DNA of 64,000 nt from Elusimicrobiota bacterium (GTDB lineage Bacteria > Elusimicrobiota > Elusimicrobia > UBA1565 > UBA9628): contig JACQPJ010000036.1 in the NCBI GenBank assembly GCA_016207605.1, positions 1,486 through 65,485 of the forward strand. The letters are read 5' to 3'. The notes under the pieces were generated by a model. It was not told the origin of the DNA. It searched no databases and saw only the letters and a program-made list of their open reading frames with translations. Made by a program: the position numbers and the translations under genes. Positions 44,431-52,617 of the stretch are shown piece after piece; the first letter of the stretch is position 1, and the number at the start of each line of letters is the position of its first letter.

Positions 44431-44919
44431 TCACTCGCCTACAATGGTCGGCTTGAGGATGTTGAACGACGGGCTGCCCGGCAAATCGCCGTCCTGAGGC
44501 CCGATCAGGGGCTGGCGCTTGGCGATGGGATAGTCCTTGCGCAGGGGGTGGCCGACGAACTCCTCGTACATCAGCAGGCGCTTGATGTCCGGGCGGTCGG
44601 CGAACCTCACGCCGAACATGTCCCAGACCTCGCGCTCGAGCCAGTCGGCGACGGGCCACAGGGACCGGACCGAGCGCAGGATCGGCGCGTCATCCACGGC
44701 GCAGTGAATTTCGACGCGGCCCAGGTCGCGGCCGTCAACCGGGTCGAGCTTCATCAGGCGGTAGATCACGTCAAAACGAGGCGACTTCTTCTGCGCCGAA
44801 TAGTCCACGCACGTCAGATCAACCAACACATTGAAGCCCTCGTCCTTGAGCCTGGACAGCGACTCCAAGTGATCCGATGGAGAGATGTCGCGGCGCTCGC
44901 CGCGCGGGAGATCGCTCAC
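44431..44919 (-). CDS. nuoC: NADH-quinone oxidoreductase subunit C
   Basis: The track ORF is trimmed to the GTG at 44919, which overlaps the nuoB stop (GTGA). The product is 162 aa with WPVADWLEREVWDMFGVRFADRPDIKRLL, typical of NuoC. Confidence 0.85.
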   Translation of the reverse strand: MSDLPRGERRDISPSDHLESLSRLKDEGFNVLVDLTCVDYSAQKKSPRFDVIYRLMKLDPVDGRDLGRVEIHCAVDDAPILRSVRSLWPVADWLEREVWDMFGVRFADRPDIKRLLMYEEFVGHPLRKDYPIAKRQPLIGPQDGDLPGSPSFNILKPTIVGE

Positions 44920-45359
44920 GCGCCGCCCCTCCCCTGAGCCTCGATCTTCTTCTGGAGCAGCGTCAGGCCCTGAATCACGGTCTCCGGGCGCGGCGGGCAG
45001 CCCGGGATGTAGAGGTCCACCGGCAGGATGGTGTCGATGCCCTGCACCACGGCGTAGTCGTTGTAGAAGCCGCCCGTGCAGGTGCACACGCCGAAGGCCA
45101 CGACCCACTTGGGCCGCGGCATCTGGTCGTAGATGCGGCGCAGGACCGGGGCGATCTTGTGGTTGATCGTGCCCACGACCATGAGCACGTCGGCCTGACG
45201 CGGCGAGAACCGCGGGAAGCCCGCCCCGAAGCGGTCCATGTCGTAGTGGCTGGCCGCGGTGGACATGAACTCCATGCCGCAACAGGCGGTCACGAACGGA
45301 TACTGGAAGATGGAGTACTCGCGCGCCCAGCCCAGCGCCGCGTCGAGCTTGGTCGTCAT
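44916..45359 (-). CDS. nuoB: NADH-quinone oxidoreductase subunit B
   Basis: The track ORF is trimmed to Met-49. The product is 147 aa with CCGMEFM, GVCTCTGG and GCPPRPE, the N2 cluster cysteines. Confidence 0.9.
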   Translation of the reverse strand: MTTKLDAALGWAREYSIFQYPFVTACCGMEFMSTAASHYDMDRFGAGFPRFSPRQADVLMVVGTINHKIAPVLRRIYDQMPRPKWVVAFGVCTCTGGFYNDYAVVQGIDTILPVDLYIPGCPPRPETVIQGLTLLQKKIEAQGRGGA

Positions 45360-45382
45360 CGTGCCGGCCGGCGCGGCGTCCT

Positions 45383-45751
45383 CTAGCTGCACTCGAGAAC
45401 TCCCTTGCGCCAGAAGTAGGCGAGCATGAACAGGACCAAGACGGTGAAGACCGTCGCCGCGGCCAGGCCGGCGGCGTCGAAGGCCGGACGGTTGAGCGCC
45501 CAAGGCAGCAGGAAGGCCAGGTCCACGTCGAAGACCACGAAGAGCACGGCGAAGCGGTGATACAGGGCCGTCATCGGCTCGTGCGCGGGCGCCAGCGGCG
45601 GCAGGCCCGTCTCGTAGGGCATGTCCGCGTCGCCCTCGCGGCGGCCGGCCGGCCCGAAGAGGCGGCCGGCCGCCGCGAAGAAGCCGGTGAGCGCCAGCAC
45701 CGCCAGCAGGTTGACGCCTAAGCCCAGCAGGGCGAGCGCGCTCACGGCCAA
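45383..45751 (-). CDS. nuoA: NADH-quinone oxidoreductase subunit A
   Basis: 122 aa with three TM helices and YETGLPP..FDVDLAFLLPWA, typical of NuoA/ND3. Its start overlaps the 3' end of nuoN by 10 nt. Confidence 0.85.
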   Translation of the reverse strand: MAVSALALLGLGVNLLAVLALTGFFAAAGRLFGPAGRREGDADMPYETGLPPLAPAHEPMTALYHRFAVLFVVFDVDLAFLLPWALNRPAFDAAGLAAATVFTVLVLFMLAYFWRKGVLECS

Positions 45752-47139
45752 AGCCCCCCGATGAAGAGCGGCGCCGCGCCCAGCAGAACCGCGCCCAGCG
45801 CGCCCACCGCGAGCACGGCCGCCGCCTGGACGCTGTCAGGATTTCCGTCGCCGCGTCCGTGCCGCGTCCGCAGGATCGCGGCCTCGGGCGAGGCGGCGCG
45901 GCCCGCCGGCTCCGGGACGGGCTCCTCGAAATACAGGTCGCGCATGAGGCCCAGGTAGTAGCCCAGCGAGATCAGGGCCGCCAGCGCGCCGAAGAGGACG
46001 GGCGCGGCCAGCTCCGCGCGCACGGCCTGCCAAAAGACCAGGAGCTTGGCCAGGAAGCCGCCCGTGGGCGGCACGCCCGCCAAGGCGAAGAGGAGCACGG
46101 TCATGGCCAGGGCCTCCCGCGGCCGCCGCGCCGCCAGGCCGCGCAGGTCCGCGCGCGAGCGCGCGCCGGTCGCGCCCAGGAAGGCGAAGGCGCCGTTGCT
46201 CATGAAAACGTAGGCGACGAGGTAGAAGAGCAGCGCGGCCGCGGCCCCGGGGTCGCGGCCCAGGCGCTCCCAGGCGCCCACGCCCAGCACCAGGAAGCCC
46301 GCGTGCGCCAAGGACGAGCAGGCGAGCAGGCGCTGGAGCTTCTCCTGGCGCAGGGCCAGGACCGCGCCGACCAGGGCGGTGAGCGCGCCCGCAGCCGGCA
46401 GCCAGGCCGCGAAGGCGGGGGCGGGAGAAAGCTCGACGACGCGCATCAAAAAGAGGACGGCCGCGGCCTTGACGGCGGTGGACAGGAAACCCGCCACCTC
46501 CGGGGCGCAGGCCTCGTAGACGTCGGGCAGCCACCAGTGCAGGGGCACGGCGCCGATCTTGAACAGGGCGGCCGCGGCCATGAGCGCCAAGCCCCCCTGG
46601 CCCAGCGCTCCCGGCGCGGACGCCGCGGGGCCCAGCGTCCCCGCGTCGGCGTAATAGAGCGCCAGGCCGAACAGGAACAGCGCCCCGGCGAGGGCTCCCG
46701 AAAAGAAGTACTTGACCGCGGCCTCCAGCCGCCGCCCGGCCGCGCCCGGCTCGCCCACGCGCGCCACGAGCAGGTAGGCGGGGAGGGACATGAACTCCAG
46801 GCCCAGAAAGAGCATGGGCAGGTTCGCCGCGGCGCAGAGCAGGCCGATGCCCAGCGTCGTCCCGAGGAACAGCGCCGTCTCCACGTCGTCGCCCGAGGAG
46901 CGCAGGGCCAGGGGCAGGGCGGCGAGGTAGGCCGCGAACTGCCAGCCCAGGCCCTTGAGGTCCGCGGCGAAGAGCGGCGGCCGCGCGGCCGGAGACGCCA
47001 GGGTCAGCAAGAGGAGGGCGGCCAGCGGCGCGGCCAGGGCGAGGGCGCGCGCGAGCGCGGGGGACGGGCGGCGCAGGAGGCCCAAGCCCAGGGCGCCCAA
47101 GGTCCCCGCCGCCAGCGCGGCCTGCGGCAGGAGGCTCAT
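45742..47139 (-). CDS. nuoN: NADH-quinone oxidoreductase subunit N
   Basis: The track ORF 45742..48573 is trimmed to MSLLPQAALAAG. The product is 465 aa and antiporter-like (LEFMSLPAYLLV, KYFFSGALAGALFLFG, LFKIGAVPLHWWLPDVYE). Confidence 0.85.
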   Translation of the reverse strand: MSLLPQAALAAGTLGALGLGLLRRPSPALARALALAAPLAALLLLTLASPAARPPLFAADLKGLGWQFAAYLAALPLALRSSGDDVETALFLGTTLGIGLLCAAANLPMLFLGLEFMSLPAYLLVARVGEPGAAGRRLEAAVKYFFSGALAGALFLFGLALYYADAGTLGPAASAPGALGQGGLALMAAAALFKIGAVPLHWWLPDVYEACAPEVAGFLSTAVKAAAVLFLMRVVELSPAPAFAAWLPAAGALTALVGAVLALRQEKLQRLLACSSLAHAGFLVLGVGAWERLGRDPGAAAALLFYLVAYVFMSNGAFAFLGATGARSRADLRGLAARRPREALAMTVLLFALAGVPPTGGFLAKLLVFWQAVRAELAAPVLFGALAALISLGYYLGLMRDLYFEEPVPEPAGRAASPEAAILRTRHGRGDGNPDSVQAAAVLAVGALGAVLLGAAPLFIGGLWP

Positions 47140-48593
47140 CGCACCAGCCCCCGGAGCGACGGCTCCAGAAACGCGACCCAGCCCGCCGGGGCCAGGCCGA
47201 TCCAGAGCATCAGGCCGCAGAGCAGCCAGAGAATCGCCTTTTCGCGGGCGTCGAGATCGGCCACGAACGCGCTGGCCGAGCCCGGCCCCGCCGGAGCCCA
47301 GAACACGGCCTGGTAGGCGGGCAGGGCGTAGGCCGCGGACAGCGTCACGCCCAGCACGCCGGCCGCCGCGAAGACGGGCGGGGCGGAGCGCGCGATGCCG
47401 GCCAGGCACAAGAACTCGCCGACGAAGCCGTTCAAGCCCGGCAGGCCGATCGAGGCCAGCGTCGCGAAGCCGAAGAAGAAGGACAGCCAGGGCGCGCGAA
47501 CGGCCAACTCGCCGAAATCGGAGAGCCCGCGCCGGTGCGCGCGCTGGTAGAGGAAGCCGACGAGCAGGAACAGCGCGCCGGTGGTCAGGCCGTGGTTGAT
47601 CATCTGCAGGGCGCTTCCAGCCAGGCCCTGGCTCGTGCCGGAGGCCGCGCCGAAAAGGCAGAAGCCCATATGCGCGATCGAGGAATAGGCGATGAGGCGC
47701 TTGAGGTCGGCCTGGGCCATCGCGCAGAGCGCCCCGTAGATCGCGTTGACCGCGGCCAGGGCCGCCAGGGTGGGCGCCCACGCCGCCGTCAGGCCCGGCA
47801 TCAGCGGGAAAGAGACGCGCAGGAGCCCGTAGAGGCCCATTTTGAGCATCACGCCGGCCAGCATCACCGAGCCCGCGGCCGGGGCCTCGGTGTGCGCGTC
47901 CGCAAGCCATGAGTGCAGGGGCACGATGGGAATCTTGACGCCAAAGCCAAGCAGAAGCCCCAGAAAGACCCAGGGCGCGGCCGGGCCCAGCGGCGTCCCC
48001 TTCAAGGACTCCAGGTCCCAGGTCCACTCCCCCGAGGCCGCGTGGCGCGCCGTGACCAGGGCGAGCAGGGCCAGCAGCATGAGCAGCGAGCCCGCGAACG
48101 TGAACAGGAAGAACTTCACGGCCGCGCGGCGGCGGTTCTCCGAACCCCAGAGGCCGATGAGGAAGAACATCGGGACCAACGTCGCTTCCCAGAAGACGTA
48201 GAAAAGGAACAAGTCGCGGGCCAGGAAGACGCCCGTCGCCGCCGAGGCCAGCGCCAGGAAGCAGGCCCAATAGCCGGCCGAGACGTCGAGCGTCCAGGAC
48301 GCGGCGACGCAGACCAGCGTCAGGAAGGCGGTCAGCGCGATCAGGGACAGCGAGAGGCCGTCGGCCGCCAGCCGATAGGAGATTCCGAACGCCCAGGTCC
48401 GCCCTCCCTCGGCGAAGACGGCCGCTCCCCCCGCCGCCAGGCAGGGCAGAAGGGCGAGCAGGGCGGCGGCCAGGAAGCTCGCCGCGGCCGCGAGCGCGCA
48501 GAGGCGGGCGGCCCCGCGGCCCAGGCGGCCCGCCAGCAGGCAGGCCCCGGCGCCGGCCAGCGGCAGGACCCACAAGGTCGTCAAGGGGCTCAT
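47136..48593 (-). CDS. nuoM: NADH-quinone oxidoreductase subunit M
   Basis: The track ORF is trimmed to MSPLTTLWVLPL. The product is 485 aa with FYVFWEATLVPMFFLIGLWG, KIPIVPLHSWLADAHTEAPAAGSVMLAG and SIAHMGF. Confidence 0.85.
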   Translation of the reverse strand: MSPLTTLWVLPLAGAGACLLAGRLGRGAARLCALAAAASFLAAALLALLPCLAAGGAAVFAEGGRTWAFGISYRLAADGLSLSLIALTAFLTLVCVAASWTLDVSAGYWACFLALASAATGVFLARDLFLFYVFWEATLVPMFFLIGLWGSENRRRAAVKFFLFTFAGSLLMLLALLALVTARHAASGEWTWDLESLKGTPLGPAAPWVFLGLLLGFGVKIPIVPLHSWLADAHTEAPAAGSVMLAGVMLKMGLYGLLRVSFPLMPGLTAAWAPTLAALAAVNAIYGALCAMAQADLKRLIAYSSIAHMGFCLFGAASGTSQGLAGSALQMINHGLTTGALFLLVGFLYQRAHRRGLSDFGELAVRAPWLSFFFGFATLASIGLPGLNGFVGEFLCLAGIARSAPPVFAAAGVLGVTLSAAYALPAYQAVFWAPAGPGSASAFVADLDAREKAILWLLCGLMLWIGLAPAGWVAFLEPSLRGLVR

Positions 48594-50491
48594 CGCAGGG
48601 CCCCCGCCAAGAGAACCGCCGCGCCCGCGGTCATCCACCAGAGGTAGTCGTTGAGGCGCCCGTCGGCGGCGCGGGCGGCCAGGCCGCCGGCGCCGCGCGC
48701 GGCCGCGGCGCCGGACTCGAGCAGGCCGTCCCACCAGGCCCGGTCCAGGACGCGTCCGACGAAGCCCGCCAACGCGGCGACGGCGGCGGCCAGCCGGGCC
48801 ATCAGCGTCGTCCAGCCGAAGTCGGACGCCAGGACGGCCTCGGCGCGTCCGCCGCGCCAGCGCCAGTCCCAGCCCGGGTCGGCCATGGTCAGACGGTAGG
48901 CCGCGGCGGCGCCCGCCGCCGCGAAGGCCGCGCTGAGCAGGGCGGTCGTCCACGAGAAGGCGGGCAGGGCGGGGTCTCCGGGAAGGTTGAGGACCAAGTC
49001 GCCGCCGAGGCGGCCCACGGGGAGGCCGCGCAGGCCGGAGAACACGAGACGGGAACCGGTCGGGCCCAAGGCGCCCGCCGCCGCCGCGCCCAGCGCCAGG
49101 AACAGCGGCGGCGCCGCCAGGCCGGGCCCGGCCTCGTGGGGATGGGCGGCCAGGCCCTTCTGCTCCGGGCGCGCCCCATGGAAGGTGAGCAGGAGCATGC
49201 GAAAGATGTAGAAGGCCGAGCCGGCGCAAACGAGCAGGGCCGCCGCCGCCAGGAGGCCGCCGCGCTCCCAGGCCGCGTCCACGATCGCGTCCTTGCTGAA
49301 GAACCCGGCCAGAGGCCAAACGCCGGCCAGGGACAGCGCCGCGACGACGAAGGACGCGTAGGTCAGAGGCATCGCGCGGCCCCAGCCGCCGACCTCGTCC
49401 ACGCTCGCGGTGGGCTGGCGGAGCGCGTGGGCCACGTTGCCCGCGCACAGGAACAGCGCCGCCTTGAAGAAGCCGTGCACGACCAGGTGGAAGATCGCCG
49501 CGCCCACGCGGCCCAGGCCCAGGGCCAGCATCATCAAGCCGAGGTGGCTGACCGTGGAGTAGGCGAGGATGCGCTTCAGATCCTTCCTCGTCCCCGCGAT
49601 CAGCGCCGCAGCCAGCGCGGTGAAGGCGCCGATCCAGGCGACGACGACGGGCAGGCCCGGCACCGCCGCGATCAGGGGCCAGGAGCGCACGAGGAGGAAC
49701 ACGCCCGCCGTGACCATCGTGGCGGCGTGCATGAGGGCCGAGGTCGGCGTGGGGCCCTCCATGGCGTCGGGAAGCCAAAAGTAGAGCGGCCACTGCGCGG
49801 ACTTGGCGCAGGCGGCCCAAATCAGCAGGCCCGCGATCACGGGCAGCATCTCGTGCCGGCCGGCGGCGACGAGCAGGTAGAGCAAGTGGAAGCGCGCGAC
49901 CTTGTAGCGCGCCAGCAGCAGCAGCAGGGCGAGCAGGAAGCCGAAGTCGCCGACGCGGTTGACCAGGAAGGCCTGCAGGGCGGCCCGGCGCGCCGACGCC
50001 TTGTGGAACCAGTGGCCCACCAGCAGGTAGGAGGCCAGGCCCACGAGCTCCCAGAACAAGTAGAGCTGGACGTAGTTGTTGGCCGTAAGCAGGCCGATCA
50101 TCGCGAGGAAAAAGAGATGGAAGACGAGAAAAAAGCGCGAGAAACCCGGATCGCCCTTCATGTAGCCGGCCGCGTAGAGATGGATGAGCGAGCCCACCAC
50201 CGCCACCATCGCGAGCACGGCCGCGCCCGGGCCGTCCACGCGCAGGCCGAAGTCCACGCCCCAGCCCTCGACCGCCGCCCAGCGCCAAACGTTGACGTCG
50301 AAGCTGCGGCCCGCCAGGACCTGGCCGGCCAGGGACAGGCTGGCCGCGGTCACGACCGCGCACGAGAGCAGGATGGGCCAATGCGTCTTCTCGGGCGCCA
50401 GGGGACGCATGAGGAAGAAGCCGATCAGCAGCGCGGCGACGGGGGCGGCGAAGAGGAGCCAGGCCTCGAGCGGGACGGCGACATGGCTCAT
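48590..50491 (-). CDS. nuoL: NADH-quinone oxidoreductase subunit L
   Basis: The track ORF is trimmed to MSHVAVPLEAW. The product is 633 aa with IHLYAAGYMKGDPGFSRFF, FWELVGLASYLLVGHW, KSAQWPLYFWLPDAMEGPTPTSALMHAATMVTAGV. Confidence 0.85.
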   Translation of the reverse strand: MSHVAVPLEAWLLFAAPVAALLIGFFLMRPLAPEKTHWPILLSCAVVTAASLSLAGQVLAGRSFDVNVWRWAAVEGWGVDFGLRVDGPGAAVLAMVAVVGSLIHLYAAGYMKGDPGFSRFFLVFHLFFLAMIGLLTANNYVQLYLFWELVGLASYLLVGHWFHKASARRAALQAFLVNRVGDFGFLLALLLLLARYKVARFHLLYLLVAAGRHEMLPVIAGLLIWAACAKSAQWPLYFWLPDAMEGPTPTSALMHAATMVTAGVFLLVRSWPLIAAVPGLPVVVAWIGAFTALAAALIAGTRKDLKRILAYSTVSHLGLMMLALGLGRVGAAIFHLVVHGFFKAALFLCAGNVAHALRQPTASVDEVGGWGRAMPLTYASFVVAALSLAGVWPLAGFFSKDAIVDAAWERGGLLAAAALLVCAGSAFYIFRMLLLTFHGARPEQKGLAAHPHEAGPGLAAPPLFLALGAAAAGALGPTGSRLVFSGLRGLPVGRLGGDLVLNLPGDPALPAFSWTTALLSAAFAAAGAAAAYRLTMADPGWDWRWRGGRAEAVLASDFGWTTLMARLAAAVAALAGFVGRVLDRAWWDGLLESGAAAARGAGGLAARAADGRLNDYLWWMTAGAAVLLAGALR

Positions 50492-50790
50492 CCGCGCAGC
50501 TCCGACATGGCCCCGGCGTCCAAGCCGCGGCCGGCGCGAAAAGCCCTGAGGATCAGCGAGAGGCCCACGACCGCCTCGGCCGCCGCGACCGCCAGGATCA
50601 GCGCGACCGCGGCCTGGGCCTGCGCGTCGGCGCGCAGTCCCGCCTGCCGCACGACGGCGAGGTTGGCCGCGGCCAGCATGAGCTCGACGCCGAGGAACAT
50701 CGCCAGCAGGCCGCGGCGCAGAACGAGCATGGCCAGGCCCAGGGCAAAGAGCGTCCCCGCGATCGTCCACACCGCCGAACTGATGGTCAA
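50488..50790 (-). CDS. nuoK: NADH-quinone oxidoreductase subunit K
   Basis: Tail of the track ORF 50488..52467. A TTG start overlaps the nuoJ stop (TTGA). The product is 100 aa with RRGLLAMFLGVELMLAAANL, typical of NuoK. Confidence 0.8.
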   Translation of the reverse strand: MTISSAVWTIAGTLFALGLAMLVLRRGLLAMFLGVELMLAAANLAVVRQAGLRADAQAQAAVALILAVAAAEAVVGLSLILRAFRAGRGLDAGAMSELRG

Positions 50791-51269
50791 GTCCCCTCCC
50801 GATCGGGAAGGACCGCCAGCGCGGCCAGGAACATGAGCAGGGCGGCCGCCTCGACGGCCGGCGCGTAGGAGCCGAAGAGGACCGAGGCGAAGGCGGCCGG
50901 AGCGGCGGCCGCGAGGGCGGGCTCGGGGCGCGCCGGCGCCGCGCGCAGGATCAGGGCGGCCTCCGCCGCGGCCCCGGCCAGGCCCAGGAAGGCCACCCAG
51001 CGCGGAAACCCGAAGCGGGCGAAGCGCTCCTCCGGAGCGCCGCCCGCGGCCATGATCGTCACCACGGCCAGGACCATGACCGCCCCGGCGCAGATCATGA
51101 CCTGCAGGAGTCCCAGCAGGGGCGCGCCGCAAAGAAGGAAGAGGACGCCCGTCTGCAGGAGCGCGCCCAGCAGGCACACGGCGCTGACGTAGAGGGAGCG
51201 GTGCAGGAGCATCACGGCGGCGCAGAGCACGGCGGCGGCGCCGGCCAGAAGAACGGCCCAAAGCGTCAT
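50787..51269 (-). CDS. nuoJ: NADH-quinone oxidoreductase subunit J
   Basis: 160 aa and hydrophobic. Position and pattern (SLYVSAVCLLGALLQTGVLFLLCGAPLLGLLQVMICAGAVMVL) match NuoJ/ND6. Confidence 0.8.
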   Translation of the reverse strand: MTLWAVLLAGAAAVLCAAVMLLHRSLYVSAVCLLGALLQTGVLFLLCGAPLLGLLQVMICAGAVMVLAVVTIMAAGGAPEERFARFGFPRWVAFLGLAGAAAEAALILRAAPARPEPALAAAAPAAFASVLFGSYAPAVEAAALLMFLAALAVLPDREGT

Positions 51270-51278
51270 TTGGGGATT

Positions 51279-52343
51279 TTACTTTTTTAGCGCGGCGTCG
51301 ACAAAATCCGCGGCCTCCTGCAGAACCGCGGGCTCCGACACCTTGAGCCCCCAAAGCACGAGCACGCTCAACAAGGAGGGAGCCACGTAATAACAGAGCC
51401 GGAACAGCATCGCCGCCACCAGCGCCGCGCCGGGCTCCACGCCCAGGCCGCTCATCAAGGCCGTGATCGAGCCCTCGGCCGCGCCCAGCCCGCCGGGAAG
51501 CAGGGGGATCAAAGTCGCCGCCTGGCCGGTCGTGAAGGCGGCGCTCAAATGGCCGACCGGGAGCAGGACCCCGGCGGCGCGGAAGCAGAGCCACAGGGAG
51601 GTCATGGCCAGCCCCCAGTCCAGGCAGGTGTAGAGCACCGTCGCCGTCACTCGGCCCCGGCCAGCCCGGATGCGGGCCAGACCCTGCGTGAGTTGGACCT
51701 CGAAAGCGGCGAAGTCCTCGGGCGGGATCTCGCGCTGGGACAGGGAATAGGCGGCGAGGTTGGTCAGGCGGAAAAGCCGGTGCGCGAGGCGGCCGCGCAC
51801 GCGGCGGCTGAAAAAGGCCGCCAGGAGCACGCCGGAGGCGGCCAGCAGAAAGAGCAGGCCCAAGCCGCTCTCCAGGACGGCCCAATGCGCCCCGTTGCGG
51901 AACAGAAGCAGCGTCACGAAGCCCTGGGCCAGGATCATGGCCAGGACGGCGTAGAGGATCGCGGAGGTCACGGCCGAGGCCGTGACGGTCGTGGCGATGG
52001 GCACGCGCCTTTTGTGCAGAAGATGCGCCTTGAGCGCGAAGCCGGTCACGCCGCCCGCGGAAACGAGATAGTTGGCCGTGTTGGAGACGAGCGCGATGCC
52101 CAGCACCGCGGGCCCCTCCACCGAATGGCCGAGCAGGGCCAGCGTCTCGGAGAGAGCCAGGCCCGCCATGGCGTGGCTGGCCAGAGCGCAGGCCAGCGAG
52201 ACCAAAACCCAGGACCAGGTCACGGCCTCGCCCGCGCGGCGCACCTCGTCGAGCCGCGCGCCGACCAGGACGGCGAGGAGGGCCAGCGCCCCCAAGGCGC
52301 CCAGGCTCAAGAACGCGCCGCGCCGCCCCTTGAACCGTCCCAT
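51279..52343 (-). CDS. flippase-like / lysylphosphatidylglycerol-synthase TM-domain family (UPF0104) membrane protein, first gene of the nuo transcription unit
   Basis: 354 aa with about 8 TM helices and the motif LLPGGLGAAEGS, typical of this family. It ends 9 nt before nuoJ. Confidence 0.65.
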   Translation of the reverse strand: MGRFKGRRGAFLSLGALGALALLAVLVGARLDEVRRAGEAVTWSWVLVSLACALASHAMAGLALSETLALLGHSVEGPAVLGIALVSNTANYLVSAGGVTGFALKAHLLHKRRVPIATTVTASAVTSAILYAVLAMILAQGFVTLLLFRNGAHWAVLESGLGLLFLLAASGVLLAAFFSRRVRGRLAHRLFRLTNLAAYSLSQREIPPEDFAAFEVQLTQGLARIRAGRGRVTATVLYTCLDWGLAMTSLWLCFRAAGVLLPVGHLSAAFTTGQAATLIPLLPGGLGAAEGSITALMSGLGVEPGAALVAAMLFRLCYYVAPSLLSVLVLWGLKVSEPAVLQEAADFVDAALKK

Positions 52344-52361
52344 GGCTAGGGCCTGTCAAAC

Positions 52362-52604
52362 AATAATATGACCATTTTGGACGGACGATTTTGGAGCGAG
52401 CCAAGGAGCGAGGAGCGAGCATACCCTCTGCGGTATGTGAGCGACGAGCGACGCGGGCGCAGCCCAAAATCGTCCGTCCCCTTCGGGGCGACCCGATTCC
52501 GGCCGCTTTCTTCGTTGCTCCTCGGTCACATAGCCTTCGGCTATGCTCCCTCGTCGCGCCTCGAAATCGCCACAGACTCGGGTCGCCAAAACGGTCATAT
52601 TATT
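52362..52604. repeat. 243-bp nested-palindrome element (MITE-like or structured RNA)
   Basis: The outer inverted repeat is AATAATATGACCATTTTGG (52362-52380) with CCAAAACGGTCATATTATT (52586-52604), matching 18 of 19. The left inner stem is GGACGGACGATTTTGG (52379-52394) with CCAAAATCGTCCGTCC (52464-52479). The right inner stem is GGCGACCCGA (52487-52496) with TCGGGTCGCC (52577-52586). Apical hairpins are CATACC..GGTATG and CATAGCC-TTC-GGCTATG, and the centre is CCCC-TTCG-GGGG. Confidence 0.65.
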
Positions 52605-52617
52605 TGATTGCAACCCC

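Noticed and set aside
45742-52467. Very long N-terminal extensions of nuo ORFs in the track (943, 1081, 726 and 659 aa) and of 42455..44083, 44431..45282, 44916..45503, 30685..32106, 4214..5656 and 28436..29584
   Set aside because: The extensions run through the upstream genes in another frame and are low-complexity. Internal starts give canonical subunit lengths and N-termini and create the usual 4-nt overlaps, so I trimmed them.
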